This document shows positions 1 to 9,065 of a stretch of 64,000 bases of DNA, piece by piece. A program made the translations under genes and the position numbers. Source of the DNA: Planctomycetota bacterium (GTDB lineage: Bacteria; Planctomycetota; UBA1135; UBA2386); assembly GCA_046290465.1 (NCBI GenBank), contig JBKAGP010000001.1, positions 5,408,001-5,472,000 on the forward strand, in the 5' to 3' direction. The first letter of the stretch is position 1. Every line of letters starts with the position of its first letter. The notes under the pieces were generated by a model, which was given only the letters and a program-made list of their open reading frames with translations, was not told the origin of the DNA and did no database searches.

Positions 1-694
1 GGAACAGCACGCGCTTGTTGCGCTGCGACTTGAGGAAGCGACGCAGCGGGCCGAGGTCGAGGTCCTGCGGTGCGACGCCGTCGCGGAACGTCTCGGCGCT
101 GATCTTCCACAGCTGCGCCTCGGCCGCCTCCTCGCTGCGGCCCTTGGGGTCCTTTTCGATCATCGCGTCGATGACCTTGCGGGCGCGTTCGTGCTCCTGG
201 ATCGCCTGCAGCTTCTGCATCAGCAGCTGCATCTGGGGCAGCGTCGCGGTGCCGGCGTCGACCTCCTTCTGCAGCGCCGGGATCGTCTCGGCGCCGTCGC
301 GCACGCGCTTCAGGGTCGCGGCGAAGTCGACGATCGTGTCGTAGCCGATCACGCTGTCGACGATCGCGCCGTCCGGGTTGACGAACAGCACCGTCGGCAC
401 GGTCTGGATCTTGTAGCGGGCCCAGGTCTCCTTGCCGGCGTCGTCGTTGCGGATGCCCATGCACAGGAAGTCGGTCATCGGCTCGCTGACCTGCTTGTCC
501 GACATCGTGCCGTCGAACATCGCCTGGCAGTTGCCGTGGTCGTCCTGCCAGCAATAGAGCAGCACGACGCCGGCAGGCTTGTCCTTGGCGGCAGTCAGGG
601 CGGCGGCGAAGTCCTTGTCCCACCAGGTCACCTGCGCGGGCAGCGCGGCGGCGAGGAACGAGACGAGGACGAACCCGAGGGCGTGGCGCGTCAT
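1..694 (-). CDS. Secreted thioredoxin-fold protein with helical C-terminal region (partial, runs off left edge; not in ORF track)
   Basis: Manual translation from ATG at 694: MTRHALGFVLVSFLAAALPAQVTWWDKDFAAALTAAKDKPAGVVLLYCWQDDHGNCQAM...YKIQTVPTVLFVNPDG. Signal peptide, Trx-like start and cis-Pro-like 'VPT' motif. The CxxC position reads HGNC. Confidence 0.7.
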   Translation of the reverse strand, partial: MTRHALGFVLVSFLAAALPAQVTWWDKDFAAALTAAKDKPAGVVLLYCWQDDHGNCQAMFDGTMSDKQVSEPMTDFLCMGIRNDDAGKETWARYKIQTVPTVLFVNPDGAIVDSVIGYDTIVDFAATLKRVRDGAETIPALQKEVDAGTATLPQMQLLMQKLQAIQEHERARKVIDAMIEKDPKGRSEEAAEAQLWKISAETFRDGVAPQDLDLGPLRRFLKSQRNKRVLF

Positions 695-771
695 GCCGAG
701 ATTGTGCCCTGCTCGTCACGAATCGGCCAGCGCGAGGACTCCGGAGGCCGCAGGCGGTATGCGTGGGGAAC

Positions 772-3267
772 ATGCGCCGCAACGTCACCGCGTGGATCGT
801 CGCCGTCACCCTGTCGCTGCCGATGTCGCTGCCGCTGGCCGCCCAGCAGCAGCAGGGCCAGGATGCGAAGACGATCGAGGGCTTCACCAAGGACCTGCGC
901 CACCTGCCGGGCTTCGTCGAGACCTACGTCGACCAGCAGAAGGCACGCATCTACCTGCACCTGACCTCGTTCGACGAGGACCTGCTGTATGCGACCGCGC
1001 AGGCGTCGGGTCTCGGCTCCAACCCGATCGGCCTCGACCGCGGCTCGCTCGGGCCGCAGCACGTGGTGCGCTTCCGCGACGCCGGCCCCAAGGTGCTGGT
1101 GACGGCGCAGAACCTGCGGTTCCGGGCGCTGTCCGACAACGAACGCGAACGGCTGGCCGTGCGCGAGTCGTTCGCGCCGTCGGTGCTGGCGGCGCTGCCG
1201 GTGGTCGTGCGCGAGACGGGCGGCGTGCTGGTCGACGCGACCTCGTTCTTCGTGCGCGACGCGACCAACGCGGCGCGGCGGCTGAGCGGCGACGGCAGCA
1301 CCTACCGGGTCGACGCCGAGCGCAGCGCGCTGTGGCTGGAGCGCACCAGGGGCTTTCCCGACAACACCGAGGTCGAGGTGCTGTTGACGTTCACGGCCAA
1401 CAAGCCGCGCGGTGAGGTCGCGACCGCGGCCGGTGGCGAAGCGGTGACGCTGCGCCAGCACCACAGCCTGATCCGGCTGCCCGACGACGGCTACCGGCCG
1501 CGGCGCTTCGACCCCCGCATCGGCTTCTTCGGGCCGTCGTTCCAGGACTATGCGGCGCCGCTCGGCGGCTCGATGCACCGTCGCTACATCGCGCGGCACC
1601 GCCTGCAGAAGCAGGATCCCGAGCAGGCCGTGTCGGATCCGGTGGAGCCGCTGGTCTGCTACATCGACCCGGGTACGCCGGAGCCGGTGCGTTCGGCGCT
1701 GAAGGAAGGTGCGATGTGGTGGGCCGAGGCGTTCGAGGCCGCGGGCTTCCGCGATGCGTTCCGCGTCGAGATGCTGCCCGACGACGCCGACCCGATGGAC
1801 GTGCGCTACAACATGATCCACTGGGTGCACCGGCGGACGCGCGGCTGGTCGTACGGCGCGAGCATCTCGGATCCGCGCACCGGCGAGATCATCAAGGGCA
1901 ACGTGCTGCTCGGCTCCCTGCGCGTGCGCCAGGACCTGCTGAAGTTCGTCGGCCTGCAGGCGCCGTTCGACGAAGGCCGCGGGGCGTGCGCGGCGTCGGC
2001 CTCGCCGGGCGCCGGCCACCTGACGTTCGGCGACGACGCGCTGGCGCAGAAGGTCGCGTTGATGCGGATCCGGCAGCTGGCGGCGCACGAGGTCGGCCAC
2101 ACGCTCGGGTTGTCGCACAACTTCGCGGCGAGCACCTACGGCCGCGCGTCGGTGATGGACTACCCGGCGCCGATGGTCGCGATCCAGGGCGAACGGCTCG
2201 ACTTCGGCGACGCCTACGACGTCGGCATCGGCGACTACGACAAGTGGGCGATCGTCTACGGCTACATGCAGTTCCGCGACGGCGCCGACGAGCAGCGCGA
2301 ACTGCAGCGCGTCGTCGAGATCGGCCTGCGCAAGAACTACGTGTTCCTGACCGACCAGGACGCGCGCGCCGCCGGCACCGGCCATCCGCTGGCGAGCCTG
2401 TGGGACAACGGCCGCGACCCGGTCGCGCAGCTCGAACACGAACTGCGCGTGCGCGCGATCGGCCTGCGTCGCTTCGGCGTCGCGGCGCTGCGGCCCGGGG
2501 TCGCGCTGGCGACGCTCGAGGACACGCTGGTGCCGCTGTACCTGCACCATCGCTACCAGCTGGAGGCGGCGGTCAAGGTGATCGGCGGCGTCGACTTCCG
2601 CCACGCGGTCAAGGGCGACGGCCAGGACGCGACCACGCCGGTGCTCGAGGGCACGCAGCGCAAGGCGCTCGAGGTGGTGCTCGGCACGCTGCGCCCGGAG
2701 TTCCTGCAGCTCGACCCGCGCATGCTGGCGCGCATCCCGCCGGCGCCGCCCGGCCATCCGTCGACCGCCGAACGGTTTCCGCGCAGCACCGGCCAGCTGC
2801 TGGACCCGGTGGCGATGGCGGCGGTGTCGGCCGAGCTGACGATCGGCGCGCTGCTGCAGCCGCAGCGCGCGGCGCGGCTGATGCTGCGCGGCGACGGCCA
2901 GGGCCTCGCGTTCGGCGACGTGCTCGACGGGCTGTACCGGACCGTGTTCGCCGTCGGCGAAGGGTCGCTCGCGTGGACGCCGGTGCAGCACGCAGTGCAG
3001 TCGGTCTACGTCGACCAGCTGCTGGCGCTGGCCGACAGCGGCCGCGCGCCGGCGGCCGTGCGCGCGCTGGTCGAGTACCACCTGGAGCACGTCGCGGCCC
3101 GCGCCAACGACTGGCGGGTCGACCACGCCAACCCGGTCGAACAGCGCGCGCACGCGACCGGCCTGTGGCGTCGGGTCGGCGCGTTCCTGGAGCGGCGCGA
3201 CCGGGAGCCGCGACGTTCGCCGCGGCTCGAGACCCCGCCCGGCTCGCCGATCGGCAGCGGGCGATGA
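772..3267 (+). CDS. Secreted zinc-dependent metalloprotease (DUF5117/DUF4953, Met-zincin-like)
   Basis: Signal peptide, HEVGHTLGLSH zincin motif, SVMDY Met-turn, and family motifs RRFDPRIGFF and DPRTGEII. Confidence 0.9.
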   Translation: MRRNVTAWIVAVTLSLPMSLPLAAQQQQGQDAKTIEGFTKDLRHLPGFVETYVDQQKARIYLHLTSFDEDLLYATAQASGLGSNPIGLDRGSLGPQHVVRFRDAGPKVLVTAQNLRFRALSDNERERLAVRESFAPSVLAALPVVVRETGGVLVDATSFFVRDATNAARRLSGDGSTYRVDAERSALWLERTRGFPDNTEVEVLLTFTANKPRGEVATAAGGEAVTLRQHHSLIRLPDDGYRPRRFDPRIGFFGPSFQDYAAPLGGSMHRRYIARHRLQKQDPEQAVSDPVEPLVCYIDPGTPEPVRSALKEGAMWWAEAFEAAGFRDAFRVEMLPDDADPMDVRYNMIHWVHRRTRGWSYGASISDPRTGEIIKGNVLLGSLRVRQDLLKFVGLQAPFDEGRGACAASASPGAGHLTFGDDALAQKVALMRIRQLAAHEVGHTLGLSHNFAASTYGRASVMDYPAPMVAIQGERLDFGDAYDVGIGDYDKWAIVYGYMQFRDGADEQRELQRVVEIGLRKNYVFLTDQDARAAGTGHPLASLWDNGRDPVAQLEHELRVRAIGLRRFGVAALRPGVALATLEDTLVPLYLHHRYQLEAAVKVIGGVDFRHAVKGDGQDATTPVLEGTQRKALEVVLGTLRPEFLQLDPRMLARIPPAPPGHPSTAERFPRSTGQLLDPVAMAAVSAELTIGALLQPQRAARLMLRGDGQGLAFGDVLDGLYRTVFAVGEGSLAWTPVQHAVQSVYVDQLLALADSGRAPAAVRALVEYHLEHVAARANDWRVDHANPVEQRAHATGLWRRVGAFLERRDREPRRSPRLETPPGSPIGSGR

Positions 3268-3364
3268 GCGGCATTTGCGCGTCCGTGCGCCCGGAGTCCG
3301 CGATCGGGCTTGTCTGCGCGCCCGCCATGCCCGAAACCCAACGCCCGACTCCGTGCCAACACCG

Positions 3365-4609
3365 ATGAATCGACCCGACTTCCGTCCGCTCCTGTTCGCC
3401 CTCGCCGCCGCCGCGCCCGTCCTGGGCCAGGACGGTGCCGCCGACGAACGCCAGCAGGCCGAGCCCCAGAACGGCCCGGCGATCGCCTACGTCGACGCGT
3501 TTGTCGGCCAGGAGGCGTTTCCGCAGCCGCTGTTCGTCGCCTACGACGCGGCCGAGCCGCAGTCGGCGTTCGTCGTCTGCCAGCCCGGCTTCGTCTACCG
3601 CGTGCCGCGTGACGGCGACGGCGGCGAACGCGAGACGTTCCTCGACCTCAGCGACAAGGTGCTGACCAAGAACTGGGAGGAGGGCCTGCTCGGCTTCCAG
3701 TTCGATCCGGACTACGCCGACAACCACCACGTCTGGACGTACTGGTCCGAGCGCATCGAGCCGCGCGAGGAGAAGCAGGCGCGCGGCAGCCGCAAGAGCG
3801 ATCGCCAGTCGATCATCGCGCGCTACACGGTTGTCGAACGCGACGGCCAGAGCGTCGTCGACGTCGGCAGCGAACTGCGGGTGATGGAGGTGTTCCAGCC
3901 GTTCGGCAACCACAACGGCGGCACCATCGTGTTCGGTCCGGACGGCATGCTGTACATCGCGCTCGGCGACGGCGGCCACAAGAACGACATCTACGGCAAC
4001 GCCGAGTCGCTCGCGATGCTGCTCGGCAAGGTGCTGCGCATCGACGTGCGCGGCGCGACCGTCGACGCGCCCTACCGGATCCCGAAGGACAACCCGTTCG
4101 TCGCCAGGGATGGCGCGCGTGGGGAGATCTGGTGCTACGGCCTGCGCAACGTCTGGCGCATGTCGTTCGACCGCGAGACCGGCAAGCTGTGGGCGGCCGA
4201 CGTCGGCCAGAACAAGATCGAGGAGGTCGACGTGCTGGTGCGCGGCGGCTTCTACGGCTGGAACTCGTTCGAGGCCAACCAGGAGTTCGACCTGCGGCGC
4301 AGCAAGGCGCCGACGCCGCCGGACCCGATCGCGCCGGTCGCGAGCTACACGCACCGCGAGGGCCTGTCGATCACCGGCGGCTACGTCTACCGCGGCAAGG
4401 CGATCCCGGGCCTGCGCGGTCTCTACGTCTACAGCGACTTCATCACCAAGCGCGCCTGGGCGTGCGACGCCGAGGGCCGGGTCGTCAAGCTCGCCAGCAC
4501 GCCGTTCCCGCCGTCGAGCTACGGCGAGACGCCGGACGGTGAGCTGCTGGTGACCTGCTTCATCCAGAAGAAGGGCAAGGTCTACAAGCTGGTCCCGGCC
4601 GGCGAGTAG
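3365..4609 (+). CDS. PQQ-dependent glucose/sorbosone dehydrogenase-family beta-propeller protein
   Basis: EEGLLG, NHNGGTIVFGPDGMLYIALGDGG, GKVLRIDV, YGLRNVWR and SITGGYVYRG motifs; signal peptide. Confidence 0.9.
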   Translation: MNRPDFRPLLFALAAAAPVLGQDGAADERQQAEPQNGPAIAYVDAFVGQEAFPQPLFVAYDAAEPQSAFVVCQPGFVYRVPRDGDGGERETFLDLSDKVLTKNWEEGLLGFQFDPDYADNHHVWTYWSERIEPREEKQARGSRKSDRQSIIARYTVVERDGQSVVDVGSELRVMEVFQPFGNHNGGTIVFGPDGMLYIALGDGGHKNDIYGNAESLAMLLGKVLRIDVRGATVDAPYRIPKDNPFVARDGARGEIWCYGLRNVWRMSFDRETGKLWAADVGQNKIEEVDVLVRGGFYGWNSFEANQEFDLRRSKAPTPPDPIAPVASYTHREGLSITGGYVYRGKAIPGLRGLYVYSDFITKRAWACDAEGRVVKLASTPFPPSSYGETPDGELLVTCFIQKKGKVYKLVPAGE

Positions 4610-4614
4610 GCGCG

Positions 4615-6027
4615 CTACCTGCCGGCCTTCTCGAGCTCGGCCAACAGCTTGCGGGTCGCCCGGTAGCGGTTGAGCCGGCCGAGGTAGACCGGGTCGTTCT
4701 GGGCTCCCTTCGCCGCGGCGGTCTGCAGCTCGATGGCGCGATCGATCCTGCCGTTGACGAACATCGCCAGCGCGACCGTGTCCTTGCTGCCGAAGTCGAT
4801 CGCGTCGCCCTCGACGCGCAGCATCTCCTCGCCTTGCGCCAGCGCCAGCGTGTCGAAGCGGCCCATCGAGTCGGGGCGGATGATCGTGTACCAGGCGTCG
4901 TTGTTGAGGCCGCTCGACGAGACGTCCTGCTTGCGGTACTCGACCATCAGCTTGGCTGCCGCCTCGTCCTCGCCACAGCGCTTCAGGAGCTTGTGGCGCG
5001 CGGCGTAGACCCACTTGCGGTTGCCGCCGTTGGCCTCGGCGTTCTGGATGGCGCGCTCGGCGACGTCGCGGTAGGGCAGCGGCACCGCCGCCTCCATCAG
5101 CGTCTCGGCGAAGATCAGCTGCTGCTCGGCCTGGCCGCCGAGCTTGTTGGGCAGCAACGCGGCGATGCGGCCGGCGAGCCGGTCCTGGCCGGCGCGCAGC
5201 ATGCCGCGCAGGTGCACCAGCTGGGTGAACGTGCCGTCGGGGGCGCCGGCGGCGACCGGCGCCATCGCCATCGCGACCTTCTTCGCGACCAGCGGGTCGT
5301 TGCGATCGCCGCGCAGCACCAGGTCGGCGAACCGTGACATCGGCACGGCTTCGTTGGACAGGCGAGCGATCGCGCGTTCGACCGCCTGCCGCGCCGCCAG
5401 CGGGTCACCCTTGCACCACCACTGGTTGAGCACCGCGGCGGCGTGCGCCCGGCCGCTGCGCGGGAACTTCTCGAGCACGTGCGCGACCTCGTCGTCGAAG
5501 TCGCCGCCGTCGGCAACCGAGCCGACCAGGTGCTCGACGACCTCGAGCGACGTGGTCGTGTCGGCGGCATCGAACGTGCCGGCGACGACCGCGTCGAGCA
5601 CGTCGACGAGGCCGTCGATGCCGCGCATGTCGTAGCGCACCTCGCCGTTGCGGCCGGTCAGCAGCGCGTGGCCGCCCATCGCCGACAGGTGCTCGATCGA
5701 GCGCGCGACGACCAGCCGTGGCTTGCCGGCGGCGACGCGGCCGGCGGCTTCGTCCGGCAGCGCGACCGCGAACGCGATGCCCTTGTCGCGAAAGCGCGCC
5801 TGCAGGTCGGTCAGGTACTGCACCTGGTCGGCGAACGGACCGCGTTCGTGATCGTAGATGGCGACCACCGTGTGGCCGGCGGCGGCCGCGCCTTCCTGCT
5901 CGTGCACGACCTGCAGCGCGACGCCGCCGATCCGCAGTTGGCGCGCGGGCTCGGCCTGTTGCGCGGGCAGCGCGGCGCAGCAGGTCGTGATGGCGGTCAG
6001 GACGACGGGCAGGCAACAGCGGCTCAT
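4615..6027 (-). CDS. Secreted protein with Cys-less TlpA/thioredoxin-like N-domain and TPR-like helical C-region
   Basis: Signal peptide. VVAIYDHERGPF...LQARFRDKG resembles TlpA without CxxC; LNNDAW...DTVALAMF...AIELQ is TPR-like. Confidence 0.55.
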   Translation of the reverse strand: MSRCCLPVVLTAITTCCAALPAQQAEPARQLRIGGVALQVVHEQEGAAAAGHTVVAIYDHERGPFADQVQYLTDLQARFRDKGIAFAVALPDEAAGRVAAGKPRLVVARSIEHLSAMGGHALLTGRNGEVRYDMRGIDGLVDVLDAVVAGTFDAADTTTSLEVVEHLVGSVADGGDFDDEVAHVLEKFPRSGRAHAAAVLNQWWCKGDPLAARQAVERAIARLSNEAVPMSRFADLVLRGDRNDPLVAKKVAMAMAPVAAGAPDGTFTQLVHLRGMLRAGQDRLAGRIAALLPNKLGGQAEQQLIFAETLMEAAVPLPYRDVAERAIQNAEANGGNRKWVYAARHKLLKRCGEDEAAAKLMVEYRKQDVSSSGLNNDAWYTIIRPDSMGRFDTLALAQGEEMLRVEGDAIDFGSKDTVALAMFVNGRIDRAIELQTAAAKGAQNDPVYLGRLNRYRATRKLLAELEKAGR

Positions 6028-6170
6028 GGGTCTCCTCGGCGTTCGTGTGCGAACCGCATCATCCCTTGGCAGCGGCGATCCCGCCACCCGCCGCGACCGG
6101 GCAAAAGGCATCCCAACGCGGGCTTCAGGTGCGCTCGTCGCCGCGACGATCCGTGCGCCGGAGGGAACCC

Positions 6171-9065
6171 TTGGGCAGCAAGATCCACAGCGTCGTCAGC
6201 CTGTTCGCGGCCGCGGCCGTCGTCACCTTCTCCGCCTGCAGCAGCGGCGGGGGGCCGTCGGCGCCGAGCAACCTGTCGTACTCGAGCAACCCGGCGATCT
6301 ACCCGATGGGCAGCGCCGCGCAGAACACGCCGTCCGCCGATGGCAGCTCGGTGGACAGCTACGCGATCAGCCCGGCGCTGCCGGTCGGCCTGACGTTCGA
6401 CACCGAGACCGGGCGCATCACCGGCACGCCGACGGCGATCACGGCGCAGGCGACCTACACGATCACGGCGACCAACGAGCAGGGCAGCGACACGGTCGAC
6501 CTGGTGCTGAAGGTCACCGATGCCCTGCCCGAGATCAGCTACGGCACCACGACGTTCGCGCTGACCGGCGGCGTCGCGATGACCCCGAGCACGCCGAGCA
6601 ACGCTGGCGGTGCGATCGTCGGCTTCACGATCTCCCCGGACCTGCCGGCCGGCCTGTCGCTCAACGCGACCACCGGCGAGCTGAGCGGCACGGCCACCGA
6701 GGTCGCCGCGAACGCCGTCTACACCGTGACCGCATCGAACGAAGGCGGTTCGGACACGGTGCTGTTGACGCTGGGCGTCAGCGCGCCGTCGCTGACGATC
6801 TCGGTCGCGCCGGCGAACGTCACGGTGGTCGGGGGCGCGACCGCCGGCTTCTCCGCGACCGCGTCGGGCACGGGGGTGCTGACCTACCAGTGGCTCGTCG
6901 ACGGCGCCACCATCGGCGGCGCGACCGGCACCAGCCACACGACGCCGGCGACGACCACGGCGGACGACGGCCAGCGGTTCCAGCTGCGCGTGACCGACAG
7001 CTTCGGCACGACCGTCACCAGCGACGCCGGCGAGCTCGGCGTGGTCGGCGGCACGTTCGCGGCCGGCACCGCGCTCGGCTCCGCGCACGGCCGCCACACC
7101 GCGACCGCGCTGGGCGACGGCGACGTGCTGATCGCCGGCGGCCAGGACGCGCTGGCGTCCGGCTACAAGACGACCGGCTTCCGCTACGACCACGCGACGC
7201 CCGGCTTCGCGGCGACCGGCCTGATGACGCAGACGCGGACCGAGCACCTCGCCGTCCGGCTGGCGGACGGTCGCGTGCTGATGACCGGCCACCGCTTCGG
7301 GCCGCCGACCGCGGCCGAGTGGTTCGATCCGGCCACCGACACGTTCGCCGCGACCACCGGCGCCCAGGTCGTCGCCCGCTACCTGCACACGGCGACGCTG
7401 CTGCCCGACGGTCGGGTGCTGCTCGCCGGTGGCGACAACGGCGGCGCGCTGTCGTCGGCGGAGCTGTTCGACCCGGCGACCGGCACGTTCGCGGCGACCG
7501 GCTCGATGACGGTGGCGCGCCGCTCGCACACCGCGACGCTGCTCAACGACGGCAAGGTGCTGATCGTCGGCGGTGGCGCGGCGGCGAGTGCGACGGCGGA
7601 GCTGTTCGATCCTGGGACCGGCACGTTCACCGCGACCGGCTCGATGGCGAACGCGCGGCAGCGGCAGTTCGCGGTCCTGCTGGGCGACGGCCGGGTGCTG
7701 GTCGGCGGCGGCGACAACGGCACCAACGTGATCGCGGCGGCCGAGCTGTACGACCCGGACACCGGCACGTTCGCGACGACGGGCAGCCTGGCGACGGCGC
7801 GCGACCGGGCCGCGGCGCACCTGCTCGGCAACGGCCGCGTCGTCGTGACCGGCGGCGAGGACGCCAGCGACGACCCGGTCGCGACCACCGAGGTCTACGA
7901 TCCGGCGACCGGCAGCTGGCTCGCGTCGGGTTCGCTCGGCACGGCGCGCGCGCGGCTGTCGCCGGCGCCGCTGCCCGACGGCACCTGGCTCGTAGCCGGC
8001 GGCGAGGGGGCCTCGTCGATGCTCAGCACGACCGAGGTCTACGATCCGGAGATCCCGGCACCCGGCACGTTCCGCAGCACGTCGGCGATGACCGGCCGCA
8101 CCCAGTTCGGGCTCAGCCTGCTGCCCGACGGTCGCGTGCTGGCGTCGGGCGGCACGCTGGTCGGCTTCTCGTCGGTGAAGACGACCGAGATCTACGATCC
8201 CGCCGCGGGCACGTGGTCGGCGACCGGCGACCTCGTCACCGGCCGCATCGACGCCGCCCAGGTGCTGCTGCCCGACGGCAGGGTGCTGGCCGCCGGGGGC
8301 CAGGCGTCGCTGTTCACGCCGACGGCGACCGCGGAGCTGTACGATCCGGCCACCGGAACGTGGACCGCGACCGGCTCGCTGACGGTGGCGCGCTCGTCGG
8401 CGCCAGCCGTGCGCATGGCCGACGGCAAGGTGCTGCTGTGCGGCGGCCTGCAGGTCACCGCGCCGACCGCGACCGCGGAGGTCTACGATCCCGCGGCCGG
8501 CACCTGGGCGACGACCGGGTCGCTCGCGACCGCGCGTCGCGCGCACGAGGTCGTGCCGCTGCACAACGGTCTGGTGCTGGTGATCGGCGGCCTCGATGCG
8601 TCCAGCGCGATGCTGTCGTCGTGCGAACTGTACGACCCCGCGGCCGGCACGTTCACGGCGACCGGTTCGATGGCGACGGCGCGCGCCGACGCGATGGCCG
8701 CGCGGCTGCGCGACGGCCGGGTGCTGGTCTGCGGTGGCGGCTCGCTGTTCTCGGTGCAGGCTTCGGCGGAGATCTACGATCCGGCGACGGGCGCCTGGAC
8801 GAGCACCGGCTCGCTGGTCAACGCACGCCGCACCGCGGCGATCGCGACCACGGCCAACGGCGACGTGCTGGTCGCCGCGGGCTACGGCAGCTCGCTGGTG
8901 GCGCTCAACACGGCCGAGGTGTTCGACGTCGCGTCGGGCACGTTCTCGCTGGTCGGCAACCTCGGCGTCGCGCGCCAGTATGCGTTCGCGATCGCGCTGC
9001 CGACCACCGGCCGCGTGCTGGTCGTCGGCGATCCGTACGACGGCACCGCCGAGCTGTTCCGCTGA
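6171..9065 (+). CDS. Lipoprotein with Ig-like (He_PIG-type) domains and many Kelch repeats
   Basis: TTG start after GGAGGG; lipobox FSAC; two LP.GL....TG.I/LSGT Ig motifs; more than 10 repeats of HTATLL.DGRVL..GG...AELYDPATGTF. Confidence 0.85.
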   Translation: MGSKIHSVVSLFAAAAVVTFSACSSGGGPSAPSNLSYSSNPAIYPMGSAAQNTPSADGSSVDSYAISPALPVGLTFDTETGRITGTPTAITAQATYTITATNEQGSDTVDLVLKVTDALPEISYGTTTFALTGGVAMTPSTPSNAGGAIVGFTISPDLPAGLSLNATTGELSGTATEVAANAVYTVTASNEGGSDTVLLTLGVSAPSLTISVAPANVTVVGGATAGFSATASGTGVLTYQWLVDGATIGGATGTSHTTPATTTADDGQRFQLRVTDSFGTTVTSDAGELGVVGGTFAAGTALGSAHGRHTATALGDGDVLIAGGQDALASGYKTTGFRYDHATPGFAATGLMTQTRTEHLAVRLADGRVLMTGHRFGPPTAAEWFDPATDTFAATTGAQVVARYLHTATLLPDGRVLLAGGDNGGALSSAELFDPATGTFAATGSMTVARRSHTATLLNDGKVLIVGGGAAASATAELFDPGTGTFTATGSMANARQRQFAVLLGDGRVLVGGGDNGTNVIAAAELYDPDTGTFATTGSLATARDRAAAHLLGNGRVVVTGGEDASDDPVATTEVYDPATGSWLASGSLGTARARLSPAPLPDGTWLVAGGEGASSMLSTTEVYDPEIPAPGTFRSTSAMTGRTQFGLSLLPDGRVLASGGTLVGFSSVKTTEIYDPAAGTWSATGDLVTGRIDAAQVLLPDGRVLAAGGQASLFTPTATAELYDPATGTWTATGSLTVARSSAPAVRMADGKVLLCGGLQVTAPTATAEVYDPAAGTWATTGSLATARRAHEVVPLHNGLVLVIGGLDASSAMLSSCELYDPAAGTFTATGSMATARADAMAARLRDGRVLVCGGGSLFSVQASAEIYDPATGAWTSTGSLVNARRTAAIATTANGDVLVAAGYGSSLVALNTAEVFDVASGTFSLVGNLGVARQYAFAIALPTTGRVLVVGDPYDGTAELFR

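Noticed and set aside
7060..9060. Recurring ~150-bp DNA similarity
   Set aside because: Explained by Kelch protein repeats.
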